Shown here: one piece after another, positions 1-10,600 of the stretch
How the letters are laid out: the number at the start of each line of letters is the position of its first letter
Position numbering within the stretch: the first letter of the stretch is position 1
Origin: an uncultured Gemmatimonadales bacterium
GTDB taxonomy: Bacteria; Gemmatimonadota; Gemmatimonadetes; Longimicrobiales; RSA9
Length of the DNA: 64,000 bases
Assembly (NCBI GenBank): GCA_963741945.1
Contig: CAVUKA010000003.1
Span: forward strand, 659,998 to 723,997
Direction: 5' to 3'
Made by a program: the position numbers and the translations under genes
Notes under the pieces: generated by a model
Database searches by the model: none
The model's input: the letters and a program-made list of their open reading frames with translations, nothing else
What the model was told of the DNA's origin: nothing

Positions 1-1609
1 GACCAGGCAGACCTCGCAATCGTTGCACACGGCGCAGTTCAGGCACCGCTTCGCCTCCGCCACGGCCGCGTCCAGGTCGAGCCCGAGGTTCACTTCGCTG
101 AAGTCGATCGGCCCCTGCCGCCAGCGATCCTCGGTCCGCTCCGCGTGGGCGTAATGGGCCAGCTGGAGCGCTTCGATGTTCACCACGTCGTTCGTGGGGT
201 TGGTGCGACGGACCGGGTCATCCTCCCGCCAGCGCGACATGCTGGGCGTACCCTGGCCCCAGCGCAGCGCGTCCATCTCCGGAGTGTCCGCGGCGTCTCC
301 CGTCCGCTGGCGGAGCCAGCGGTCGATCCCCATCGCGGCGCGCTTCCCCGAGCCGAGGGCGTCCGCCACCGTGCGATCGCCGCCCGCCAGGTCGCCGCCG
401 GCGAAGAACGCGGTCTTCCCGCCGCGCCCGGCGGCGCCCCACGCGTCCACGCGAACGGCGCCGGGCTGACGCTCCACCTCGCCCGGCAGGAGGTCCAGGT
501 CGGCATCCTCGCCGATGGCGGTCAGGACGGTGTCCACGGGGATGTGGAAGCCGTCGTCCTCGATCGGGATCGGGCGACGTCGCCCGCTGGCATCCGGCTC
601 CCCGAGCGCCATCCGGGTCACGTGCATGCGCACGAGCTTGCCGTTGTGATGATCGAAGCCCGCGGGGGCCGCGAGGAAGACGAACTCGATCCCCTCCCGC
701 ATCGCCTCTTCCACTTCCTGGGCGATCGCCGGCATCTCCTCCCGCGTGCGCCGGTACACCACGATGGGCGTCGAGCCCATGCGCAGCGCGGTGCGCGCGC
801 AGTCCATGGCGGTGTTGCCGCCGCCGATCACGGCCACCCGGCCCCCGATCTCCGGGCGCTCCCCCCGGTTCACGGCCTTCAGGAACTCCAGGCCGGCCAC
901 CACGCCCGCGCCATCCTCGCCCGGCACTCCCATGGGCTTGCCCCGGTGCGCGCCCGTGGCGAAGAACACGGCGTCGTAGCCGCCCAGCTCCTCGGCCACG
1001 GCGTCGCCATCCAGGCGGACGCCGAGCCGGAAGTCCACGCCCAGCGCTTCGATCCGGGCGATCTGCAGGTCCAGGATGTCGCGCGGCAGGCGGTAGCCCG
1101 GGATCCCCTGCCGCAGCATCCCGCCAGCCTGCTCCGCCTCGTCGTACACCACCGCACCGTAGCCCAGCCGGGCCAGGTGGTAGGCCGCCGCCAGCCCCGC
1201 CGGACCCGCGCCCACGATGGCCACGTTCTCGCGCCGGGTCCGCTCTTCCCGCGACGGGAGGGACCGCGTCAGGATCGCATCGCCCAGCGCCCGCTCCACG
1301 GCGTGCACGGACACCGCTTCATCGAAGTCGCGGCGATTGCAGCCGATCTCGCACGGGTGGTGGCACACGCGCCCGGTCACCGCGGGCATCGGGTTCTCCC
1401 GCAGCAGCAGGTCCAGCGCTTCGTCCAGCCGATCCTGCCGCAGGAGGTTCATGTAGCCTTCCACGTCCACGCCCGCCGGACACGCCTCGTTGCACGGGCG
1501 CCACCGCGTCGCGGTACATGGGGCGGATGTACTTCCACGACCCCGTTCGGTTCTCCAGCGTGGAGGCGTCGCTGACGGAGATCAGGGGTGCGCCGGGGAG
1601 CCTAGGCAT
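1..1609 (-). CDS. FAD/NAD(P)-dependent oxidoreductase with Fe-S clusters (GltD/SudA-like, 2-oxoacid:ferredoxin oxidoreductase-associated); 3' end outside window; apparent frameshift near 1497
   Basis: ATG at 1609 gives MPRLPGAPLISVSDASTLENRTGSWKYIRPMYRDAVAP. After a 1-nt shift it continues CNEACPAGVDVEGY...GRVCHHPCEIGCNR...VAIVGAGPAGLAAAYHL, and at the window edge AEAKRCLNCAVCNDCEVC. It overlaps the stop of the gamma-subunit gene. Confidence 0.85.
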
Positions 1610-2228
1610 TCGCCACCTCCTCCCGGCCGGCGTCGCCGGCCGCGACGTCGACGCCCGCCAGCCGTTCCGCACCGTCCGCCACCACCACCGCTTCCGCCGC
1701 TTCGCGCGCGGCGGCGCGGTTGTCCTCCGTACGGGTCGGCACTTCCTCGTCGATCGCCGCGCACACCGAGTCCAGGCTCACCAGGCCGGACCATGCCGCG
1801 AACGCTCCCAGAATGGCCGTGTTCACGATCGGCTGCGAGCGAGAGCCGATCCCGTGGGCGGTGGCGATCGCGCTCGCGTCCACCGTGGCCACCCGGAACC
1901 GCTCCACCAGCGATGGATACGACGACGGGGGGCGATCCGTGTTGATCAGGATCTCACCCCCCGGTTTCAGGCCGGCCGTGACGTCGATGGCGTCGACCAG
2001 CGTCGGGTCCAGTATGATCAGCCCGTCGGGGGCCGTGATCTCGCAGCGTAGCCGGATCGGCGCGTCGGAAACACGCAGGAACGCCGTCACGGGCGCACCC
2101 CGCCGCTCCACGCCGAAGGCCGGGAACGACTGCACCCAGCGGCCTTCCCGGAAGAGCGCGACCGCCAGCACCTTCGATGCGATGACCGCGCCCTGCCCAC
2201 CACGCCCGTGGATGCGCAACTCACGCAT
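1602..2228 (-). CDS. Pyruvate/2-oxoacid:ferredoxin oxidoreductase gamma subunit
   Basis: MRELRIHGRGGQGAVIAS, QSFPAFGVERRGAPV and PIVNTAILGA motifs; AAGGAG RBS upstream of ATG 2228. Confidence 0.92.
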   Translation of the reverse strand: MRELRIHGRGGQGAVIASKVLAVALFREGRWVQSFPAFGVERRGAPVTAFLRVSDAPIRLRCEITAPDGLIILDPTLVDAIDVTAGLKPGGEILINTDRPPSSYPSLVERFRVATVDASAIATAHGIGSRSQPIVNTAILGAFAAWSGLVSLDSVCAAIDEEVPTRTEDNRAAAREAAEAVVVADGAERLAGVDVAAGDAGREEVANA

Positions 2229-2499
2229 CGGGACTCCTTCCGAAGCAGGGATCTCGTGGAGCGGGCACGCGGCCCGCTCCGCACCATCCACCCTGAAGAT
2301 GTGGGGCCGCCGCACCCGACGACGTAGGGAGAGGCTTGAAAATCCTGTGGGAGAACGCAGGACGACTCCGCAGGGGTTTGCCGGAAATTGCTGATTGGCC
2401 GTCCGAAACGGAGCCGTCCGCATTGCCGCGCGCCCCCTGGCGCGGCTAGCTTGCACGTAGTCCCATCCAACCGGCGGCCAGGCCGCCCTGGAGGTCCCG

Positions 2500-2757
2500 A
2501 TGAAGGCCTCGCGGAAATCGCCAGCAGCCGCCGGGAAGGCGGAGATCCGACGCGCAGAGCTCGAGAAGGCCGGCATCAGGGACGGCGACCTCGACCGCGC
2601 CCTCGAATCGGCCCTCCCCCTGGGCGTCTGCTGCGCCGAGGCCCAGGCCGATGGCGTGCCGTGCGCCGAAATCGGCGGCGACTGCCTCGAGTGCGATCGC
2701 GCCGACCCGACCCGACAGCTCCTCCTCCGCCTGGCCGCCACCAGCCGCGTGCACTAG
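2500..2757 (+). CDS. Small Cys-rich hypothetical protein (85 aa)
   Basis: GGAGG RBS just upstream; CC-x9-C-x6-CxxC pattern; lies in an otherwise empty gap. Confidence 0.5.
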   Translation: MKASRKSPAAAGKAEIRRAELEKAGIRDGDLDRALESALPLGVCCAEAQADGVPCAEIGGDCLECDRADPTRQLLLRLAATSRVH

Positions 2758-2896
2758 AAGGCCGCGCCGACCCGGCGCCATTTTTGCCGACATCGGGCAA
2801 CGCGCCCGTGCCCGGCTGGCCGGCGTCGATGACCGCGCCGAGCCCGGCCGGGCTCGGCCGCGGAGAGCACCACGACACCCGGCACCCCATCGCTCC

Positions 2897-4894
2897 ATGC
2901 CAGCTCCAGACGACGCTTTCCTGCGCGCCATCTTCCTGGGCCCCCACGCCGAGAACGCCGGACTGTTCGAGCGGCTGATCATCGACGCGCTGCGCGACCA
3001 CGTGCGGTGGCGCCGGGATCACCACCCGGAGGATCCGGCCGTGGTGGACGAGCGGCAGCGGAACGATCCGGCGTTTCGCGCGACTGCGGAGCGGCTGACC
3101 AGCGAGCTGTCGGGGCTGCTGGAGGAGCTGAAGCGGGGCGTGCCCTTCTTCAGCGGGCGCTACAAGGGCCACATGAACTACGAGCAGACGCTGGCGAGCC
3201 AGGCGGCGTACTTCGCGGCGATGCTCTACAACCCCAACAACGTGGCCATCGAGGCGTCGCCCGTGACCACGCGCCTGGAGCTGGACGTGGCGCGACAGAT
3301 CGCGGAGATGATCGGATACCGCCCCGCCACGTCCTGGGGGCACCTCACGTCCGGTGGCACGGTGGCGAACTTCGAAGCACTCTGGATCGCCCGGAACATC
3401 CACTACCTGCCGGTCGCCGCGTCCGGCGCCGACGACGAGCTGGGGCTGCGGCTGGACGTGCGCACGCCCACGGGAGACACGGCGCCGCTGACGGAGCTGT
3501 CGCTGCGTGACCTGCTGAACATCCGCCCCACCGACGCGCTGGACCTGTGGGATGCGCTCTGGGCCTCCGGCGATCGGGCGGAGATCCACGCGGCGCTCCA
3601 GGACCATTCCCTCCAGGCCGTGGGCTACCAGGACTATGGTCGTCGCCTGGCGGCGGCGTATGGAGACCCGCTGCCGCCCGCCGTGGTGGTGGTGGCCGCC
3701 AGCGCGCACTACTCGTGGGAGAAGATCGTGCGCGCGCTCGGGATCGGGTCGAACCAGCTGCGCTTCATCCCCATTGACGACCACTACCGGATGGACCCGG
3801 ACGCGCTCTGGCGCATGGTTCGCGACCTGGACGCGGAGCGCACGCCGATCCTGGCGTGCATCAGCGTGTGCGGCACCACGGAGGAGAGCGCCGTGGACCG
3901 GCTCGACCGGGTGGTGGAAGTGAGGGAGCGTGCGGAGTCCGAGCTCGGGGTGGCGTTCCACCTCCACTCCGATGCGGCCTACGGCGGCTATGCGGCGGCC
4001 GTGACCTGGGATGGCGACGGGCGGCGCCGGAGCCTCGAGGCGATCCGCGCGTCCGCGGGCACTCCCGACTGGCCGGAGGCCGGCTGGGTCTCCTCCATGG
4101 AAGCACTGGCGGAAGCCGACTCCGTCACCATTGATCCGCACAAGCTGGGCTACATCCCCTATCCCGCGGGCGCCATCGCGGTGCGGGACCGGCGCGCCAG
4201 GGAGCTGGTGGCCATCGACCCGCCCTACCTCCTCCCCACGCGCGGCCTGGACTCCGCCGAAGACCTCTTCCTCGGCCGCTTCATCCTCGAAGGCTCCAAG
4301 CCCGGCGCCGCGGCGGCAGCGGTGTGGCTGAGTCACCGCGTCCTCCCGCTGGACGAGCGCGGCCACGGCCGCCTCGTCGAGCGCACCGCGGCCGGCGCCC
4401 GGAAGCTGCACGCGGCTCTCGCCTCCTCGCCCCTCACCCCGTTCCGCATGGTCCTGCTGCCGCCGCCCGACATCAACATCGTGTGCGGCGTGCTGACGCA
4501 CCCCGACCTCCACTCCCTGGCGGAGGTCAACGCGCTGAACGAGGGGATCTACGCGCGCATGAGCCTCACCCGGCCGGGCGCCGCCCCCGACTACATCATC
4601 ACCCGCACCCGCTTCCAGACGCCCATGTACGATGGCGCCGTGGACCCGCTCCTGCACGAGCTCGGGATTCCGACAGACGAGTGGCGCGAGAGCGGTCAGG
4701 ACGGACTCGTGGTCCTCCGGGCCACTGTCATGGACCCGTTCCTCGTCGACGACGACGGGTTCGACGCCGCCGCCGTCGACGCCGCCACCGACACCCGCCA
4801 TCCGGACGCCGACGCCACCGCCCGGGGTGGGCACATCAGAGGCTTCATCGCCGCCCTGAAAGCCGCCGCCGGTGCATGCATGACCGGGCCGTAG
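2897..4894 (+). CDS. PLP-dependent group II decarboxylase (tyrosine-decarboxylase-like)
   Basis: FLGPHAEN, RYKGHM, WGHLTSGGTVANFEALW, HSDAAYGGY, SVTIDPHKLGY (PLP lysine) and ILEGSKPGA motifs. Confidence 0.9.
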   Translation: MPAPDDAFLRAIFLGPHAENAGLFERLIIDALRDHVRWRRDHHPEDPAVVDERQRNDPAFRATAERLTSELSGLLEELKRGVPFFSGRYKGHMNYEQTLASQAAYFAAMLYNPNNVAIEASPVTTRLELDVARQIAEMIGYRPATSWGHLTSGGTVANFEALWIARNIHYLPVAASGADDELGLRLDVRTPTGDTAPLTELSLRDLLNIRPTDALDLWDALWASGDRAEIHAALQDHSLQAVGYQDYGRRLAAAYGDPLPPAVVVVAASAHYSWEKIVRALGIGSNQLRFIPIDDHYRMDPDALWRMVRDLDAERTPILACISVCGTTEESAVDRLDRVVEVRERAESELGVAFHLHSDAAYGGYAAAVTWDGDGRRRSLEAIRASAGTPDWPEAGWVSSMEALAEADSVTIDPHKLGYIPYPAGAIAVRDRRARELVAIDPPYLLPTRGLDSAEDLFLGRFILEGSKPGAAAAAVWLSHRVLPLDERGHGRLVERTAAGARKLHAALASSPLTPFRMVLLPPPDINIVCGVLTHPDLHSLAEVNALNEGIYARMSLTRPGAAPDYIITRTRFQTPMYDGAVDPLLHELGIPTDEWRESGQDGLVVLRATVMDPFLVDDDGFDAAAVDAATDTRHPDADATARGGHIRGFIAALKAAAGACMTGP

Positions 4895-5013
4895 GCGTTC
4901 GGGCCCCGCCCCGCCCCCGTTTCACACGACCGGCCCTCTCCTTGCCCGCGCCCTCTCCCCACCACAGCTTCCCTGGAATCCACCCGGACCGGGACCGCTC
5001 ACAACGCGACGCC

Positions 5014-6987
5014 ATGCGTACAAGTCACCGCTTCTCCACGACCCGGAAGACGGCCGCAGCGCCCTTCCTCGCCCTCGCCCTCCTCTTCGCCCCGGGGCTC
5101 CCCGGACCCGCGCGCGCCCCGGGCGCGCCGCTGGGACCCGCGCGCGGCGCCGCGCAGGCGCCGGAGGCGGTGGACACCGCCTGGGTCCGCGCCCACTACA
5201 GCAAGCGGGAGGTCTACATCCCGATGCGCGACGGCGCTCGCCTGTTCACGGCGATCTACACCCCCCGCGACACGACGCGCGCGTACCCGATGCTGATGAT
5301 GCGGACGCCGTACAGCGTGCGTCCCTACGGCGAGTCCGCCTACCCGGCGTCGCTGGGCCCGAACGCCTCGTTCACGCGCGACGGCTTCATCTTCGTCTAC
5401 CAGGACGTGCGCGGGCGGATGATGTCGGAGGGGAACTTCCTGAACATGACGCCGCACGTGGAGGAGAAGCGGGGCCCATCGGACGTGGACGAGAGCAGCG
5501 ACACGTACGACACGGTCGACTGGCTCCTGGCGAACGTCCCCGGCAACAACGGCCGCGTGGGCCAGTGGGGGATCAGCTACCCGGGCTTCTACAGCGCCGC
5601 GGGGATGATCGACCACCACCCGGCTCTGGTCGCCGTGTCGCCCCAGGCGCCGATCGCGGACTGGTGGTACGACGACTTCCACCACAATGGCGCGTTCTGG
5701 CTCCCCCACTTCTTCGGCTTCTTCTGGTTCTTCGGGCAGCCCCGCCCGGTGCCCACCACCCAGTTCCCCGCGCCGCTGGACTACGGCACAGTGGACGGGT
5801 ACGCGTTCTACCGCGACCTGGAGCCGCTGGCGGGCGTGGACCGGGACTGGTACCGCGGCCAGGTGGCGTTCTGGGACTCGATGGTGGCCCACCCGGACTA
5901 CGACGCGTTCTGGCAGCGGCGGAACCTGCGGCCGCACCTGAAGAACGTGGCGCCCCACGTCCTGACCGTCGGCGGCTGGTTCGACGCCGAGGACCTGTTC
6001 GGCGCGCTGGCCACGTACCGCTCCATCGAGGCACAGAACCCGGACGTCGACAACCGCATCGTCGAAGGCCCGTGGTTCCACGGCGGCTGGGAGCGGAGCA
6101 CCGGCCAGCAGCTGGGAGACGCCTGGTTCGAGCAGGCCACGTCGGAGTTCTTCCAGGACAGCATCGAGCTCCCCTGGTTCCGCCACTGGCTGAAGGGCGC
6201 GCCCGATCCAGGGCTCGCCGAAGCCACCATGTTCGACACGGGCGTCAACCGCTGGCGCCGCTTCGCCGAGTGGACGCCCCCCGCCGCCGCCGAGCGTGCG
6301 CTCTACTTCGAGCGCGATGGCGCGCTGGCCTGGTCGCCGCCCGGTGACGCGGACGCTTTCGATGAGTGGATCAGCGACCCGGCCCACCCGGTCCCGTTCA
6401 CGCGCGAAGTGACGTTCGGGATGAGCCGCGAGTACATGACGGAGGACCAGCGCTTCGCCGCCCGCCGTCCTGACGTGGTGGTGTATCGGACGGAGCCGCT
6501 GGAAGAGGACCTGACGCTGGCCGGGCCACTCGTCGCCGACCTCTGGGTCTCCACATCCGGCACGGCCTCCGACTGGATCGTGAAGCTGGTGGACGAGTTC
6601 CCCGGTGACGCCCCGGACACGCCGGCCGCACGCGAGCGCACCGGCTTCCACACGGGCGGCTACCAGATGATGGTGCGCAGCGAGGCCATCCGCGGGCGCT
6701 ACCGGGACGACCCGTCCCGCCCCGCGCCGTTCCGCCCGAGTGAGCCCACGCGCGTGTCCCTCCCGCTGCAGGACGTGCTGCACACGTTCCGGAAGGGGCA
6801 CCGTATCATGGTGCAGGTACAGAGCACGTGGTTCCCGCTCGTCGACCTGAACCCGCACACCTACGTGCCGAACCTCTACGCTCTCGAGGCGACCGGCCCG
6901 TTCGTGAAGGCGACGCAGCGCGTCTACCGGTCGCTCGAGCACCCATCGCGCCTGGTCCTCCACGTCCTTGCGCCCGAGGGGAGCTGA
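5014..6987 (+). CDS. CocE/NonD family hydrolase (alpha-amino acid ester hydrolase / glutaryl-7-ACA acylase-like), secreted
   Basis: Signal-peptide-like N-terminus; IPMRDGARLFT, RTPY, QDVRGR, GISYPG nucleophile motif, GWFDAED and GPWFHGGW. Confidence 0.92.
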   Translation: MRTSHRFSTTRKTAAAPFLALALLFAPGLPGPARAPGAPLGPARGAAQAPEAVDTAWVRAHYSKREVYIPMRDGARLFTAIYTPRDTTRAYPMLMMRTPYSVRPYGESAYPASLGPNASFTRDGFIFVYQDVRGRMMSEGNFLNMTPHVEEKRGPSDVDESSDTYDTVDWLLANVPGNNGRVGQWGISYPGFYSAAGMIDHHPALVAVSPQAPIADWWYDDFHHNGAFWLPHFFGFFWFFGQPRPVPTTQFPAPLDYGTVDGYAFYRDLEPLAGVDRDWYRGQVAFWDSMVAHPDYDAFWQRRNLRPHLKNVAPHVLTVGGWFDAEDLFGALATYRSIEAQNPDVDNRIVEGPWFHGGWERSTGQQLGDAWFEQATSEFFQDSIELPWFRHWLKGAPDPGLAEATMFDTGVNRWRRFAEWTPPAAAERALYFERDGALAWSPPGDADAFDEWISDPAHPVPFTREVTFGMSREYMTEDQRFAARRPDVVVYRTEPLEEDLTLAGPLVADLWVSTSGTASDWIVKLVDEFPGDAPDTPAARERTGFHTGGYQMMVRSEAIRGRYRDDPSRPAPFRPSEPTRVSLPLQDVLHTFRKGHRIMVQVQSTWFPLVDLNPHTYVPNLYALEATGPFVKATQRVYRSLEHPSRLVLHVLAPEGS

Positions 6988-6988
6988 T

Positions 6989-7615
6989 ATGCCCGGCGGG
7001 CTGATCGGAGGGCTGGAGCGGTTCCGCCGCGAGACGTTCCCCCGCTACCGGGACCACTACCGCCGGCTGGTGGAAGAGGGGCAGCGCCCGGGCACGCTGT
7101 TCATCGGCTGCGCCGACTCGCGCGTGGTTCCGGACCTGCTCGTGAGCGCGGAGCCGGGCGAGCTGTTCATCGTGCGCAACATCGGCGCGTTCGTGCCGCC
7201 GTGCGGGGAAGACCCGTGCTTCGACGGCACCGCCGCCGCCATCGAGTTCGCGCTCCTCGAGCTGGACGTCACGGACATCGTGGTGTGCGGCCACTCCCAC
7301 TGCGGCGCGGTCAAGGCCCTGTACCAGCCGCCCGGCGACGACGCGCCGCACCTCCGGAAGTGGCTCGAGCTCGGCGCCCGCGCCCGCCTCGGCAGCGACG
7401 CCCCGACGCCCACCCCACCATCCCGGGGGCTGCTTTCCCGCACCGAGCAGCGTTCCGTGGCCCTGCAGCTGGGGAACCTCCTGACGTACCCCGTGGTCCG
7501 GGAGCGCGCCGACGCCGGGACGCTGTCGCTGCATGGGTGGCTGTACGTGATCGAGGACGGACAGGTCCTGGCGCTCGACCTGGAGACGCGGCGGTTCACG
7601 CCCCTGGCGGAATAG
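6989..7615 (+). CDS. Beta-class carbonic anhydrase
   Basis: GCADSRV, LFIVRNIG and CGHSHCGAV zinc-binding motifs; starts 1 nt after the CocE stop. Confidence 0.93.
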   Translation: MPGGLIGGLERFRRETFPRYRDHYRRLVEEGQRPGTLFIGCADSRVVPDLLVSAEPGELFIVRNIGAFVPPCGEDPCFDGTAAAIEFALLELDVTDIVVCGHSHCGAVKALYQPPGDDAPHLRKWLELGARARLGSDAPTPTPPSRGLLSRTEQRSVALQLGNLLTYPVVRERADAGTLSLHGWLYVIEDGQVLALDLETRRFTPLAE

Positions 7616-7638
7616 GGACCGGCGCCCGGGCTGGTTTC

Positions 7639-10600
7639 CTAGGCGGCCGAGCCCTCCCGCAGCCCGCGCAGCGCGCGCAGCGCCGTGCCGCCACCCACCA
7701 CTTCCGCGCCATTCTGGACGTAGGCGCCGTCGGGCCTCAGCTCCCACAGGTCCGGCGCGTGGAGGACGCCATCGAGGATCTCCCGGAGACGCTCGCCGAG
7801 CTCGGGTCGCCGAACGGGCACCGCCACTTCGACGCGTCGGGACAGGTTCCGCGGCCGCCAGTCGGCGGAGCCGATGAAGTACTCCGGGGCCCCGCCATTG
7901 GCGAACTCGAAGATGCGCGCGTGCTGGAGCAATCGTCCGAGCAGGCTGACGATCCGGATGTTCTCCGACAGCCCGGGCACGCCGGGGCGCAGCGCGCAGA
8001 TCTCCCGCACCGCCAGCTCCACGGGGACGCCGGCATGGGATGCCTCGTACAGCTTGGCGATCATGCGACGATCGGCCAGCCCGTTCAGCTGCCCGCGCAG
8101 CCCCGCCGGCCGCCCGGCCCGCGCGTGGTCGATCTCGCGGTCGATGAGCCGCAGGAATCGCTGCCGCATGTTGAATGGAGAGACCAGGAGGTGGTCGAAG
8201 TCGCCCGTGGCCGAGTAGCCGGTGAGGATGTTGAACACGGCCTGCAGCTCTTCACCGATCTCCGGGTCGGACGTGAGCAGCGCCACGTCCGTATACGTGC
8301 GGGCCGTGGCCGCGTTGAGGTTGCCGGTGCCGATGTAGCTGTAGCGCACCAGCTCGTCGCCTTCCCGTCGCACCACCAGCCCCGCCTTCGCGTGCACCTT
8401 GTACTTCAGCGGGCTGAACACCACGTGGATCCCGGCCGCCGAAAGCGACTTGGCCCACGCGATGTTCTGCTGTTCGTCGAAGCTGGCCTTGATCTCGATC
8501 AGCGCCACGGCATCCTTCCCCATCTCCCTCGCCCGCGACAGCGCCTGCACGATCTCCGACGACGAGTCCGTCCGGTACAGCGTGACTTTCAGCGCCACCA
8601 CGTCCGGATCCTCCGCCGCCTCACGGACGAAGCGCTCCGCGCTGCTGGTGAAGTCGTCATCGGGGAAGTAGACCAGGCGGTCGGCCTCCCGCAGCAGGTC
8701 GAACACGGGACGCCGCGGCTCGAGCGGGACGGAGCGGTGCATGGGCGGGAAGCGGACGTCGTCGCCGATCTCCATTTCCGCGACCTCCTCCAGCGCGGCC
8801 AGGTCGATGAGCCCGTCCACCACGTACACGTCCTGCGGTCCCAGCCACCATGATTCGGTGGGCGACTCGTAGCGCAGCTCGTTCACGATCATCTGCCGCA
8901 GCGAACGCGGCATGCGCGCGTCCACCTCCAGCCGCACCGGCGAGCGGAACGGGCGACGAGCCACGTCCTCCTCCACCGCCTGCAGCACATCCCCCACCAG
9001 CGTCTCCTCCAGTTGCGTGCGCGCGCTCCGCGTCACGCGGAAGAGGTGCGCGCTCTGCACCGTGAGCCCGGAGTAGAGGTCCGGGAGGCGCGCCACCAGC
9101 AGCTCCTCCAGCGGGACCAGCCGGCGGCCGTCCTCCAGCGGCAGAAAGCGCGGAAGCTCGCCCGGCAGCTCCACGGCCGTGAAGTGCGCCCGGTCCGAGC
9201 CCGGGAGCCGCACCACGGCCCCGATCGCCGGACGCAGGTTCCGCATGTGCGGGAACGGATGGCTCGCGTCGGCGGCCATCGGCGTGAGCACCACTTCCGC
9301 GTCGGTGGCGTAGCGCTCCAGCAGGTACGCGCGGTCCTCCTCGCCCAGCTCCCGCCAGCGCAGGATCCGCACACCCCGCTCCGCCAGCGCGGGGAGAAGC
9401 CGCCGCTGCAGCAGTCGCTGCGCCCTCGCCGCCACCTGCCGTGCGCGGATGCCGATCAGGTCCAGCTGCTCCCGCGCGCTCAGACCGTCCATGGTCCGCC
9501 GGTTGCCGGGCGATGCGGCCTCCTCCTTGAACCCGGCCACACGGGTCATGAAGAAGTCGTCCTGCCGACTGCCGAACATGGACAGGAATCGCACCCGCTC
9601 GAGGAGCGGCGTATCGCCGGACTCGGCGAACGCGAGGATGCGCTCGTCGAAGCTCACACGGCTCAGCTCCGCGTTCAGCAGGTGCGCCGGCGGGACATCC
9701 TTTCCGGGCGCCGCCTCGGGCAGCGGGACCGGCGAGAGCGCGAGCTCCAGCGCTTCCGGGCCCGCATCCGCCTCTCCGAGCTCCGCCGCCCCATCGCCGC
9801 TCAGCAGGTCGGAGCGCGCGGCCACCTCGAGCGCCGCGAGGGTGCGCGCGCCGCGCAGCGCGGCGCTCCCCACCGCCCCCAGCGCTTCCGCCAGCGGCAC
9901 CCAGACAAGCTCCCCGTCCGCCGTGTCCGGCTGTACCTCATCCGTGGCCCACACCTCGAGCGCCGGCCGACCGGGTCCGCCGGGGTTCGTGCCCAGGAGC
10001 CGCACGCGCGCGCCCGCAGCCGCAAGCACTTTCGAGACGAGCCGCCGGGCGGCGGTCTCTCCGCTGCCGTCTCCGAACGGGATGCGCAGCCGCCCGCCAT
10101 CGCGGAGCAGGGCGATGCGGCCATGGGCGTGGGCGACGATCGCCAGCTCCCGCGCGGCCCGAACCTCCCGCTCGAGCGCCTCGATCTCGGCATCATCGAG
10201 GAGGTCCCGGGCGCGAGTGGCGGGATCGGAGAGCGTGATCCGGACCCCGGGCTCGCGCTCGAGCGATGTCACCAGCGCTTCCACGTCCGCGTCCACGGCC
10301 GCGGTCACCACGATCTCCCAGAGCGTTCCCGACAGGTCGTTCCTCCGCACGGTCAGCGCGTCGTAGGAGAGGGTGAGCGCCTGCCCGGAGCCGGGAGCGC
10401 GGCCCGAGAGGGAAACATGCCTCAGCCGGCACAGCGTCTCCACCTCGAACGCCTGCTCCAGGCGCGCGGGATCGATGAGCCCGCGAAGCAGCTCCGCGGC
10501 CTCGGAATCGCCGTGAAACACGCTCCCGGCATCGCCCGGCTCGACGTCCGACTCCGCGCTCCGCGCCGCTCCTTCGCCATCGCTCGCGCTCCGGATGTCC

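Noticed and set aside
1490-1505. Programmed ribosomal frameshifting at the three frame breaks
   Set aside because: There is no slippery heptamer or evident stimulator. Three unrelated genes breaking near short G/C runs fits sequencing error better.
145-1575. Long antisense and alternate-frame ORFs (for example 145..1575, 2576..4834, 4999..6963, 47324..49411)
   Set aside because: They are shadows of real genes, expected at this GC content, and show no family motifs.
2258-2280. 9-bp hairpin in the leader of the oxidoreductase gamma subunit as a riboswitch
   Set aside because: No recognisable aptamer consensus is present, and short GC stems are common by chance here.
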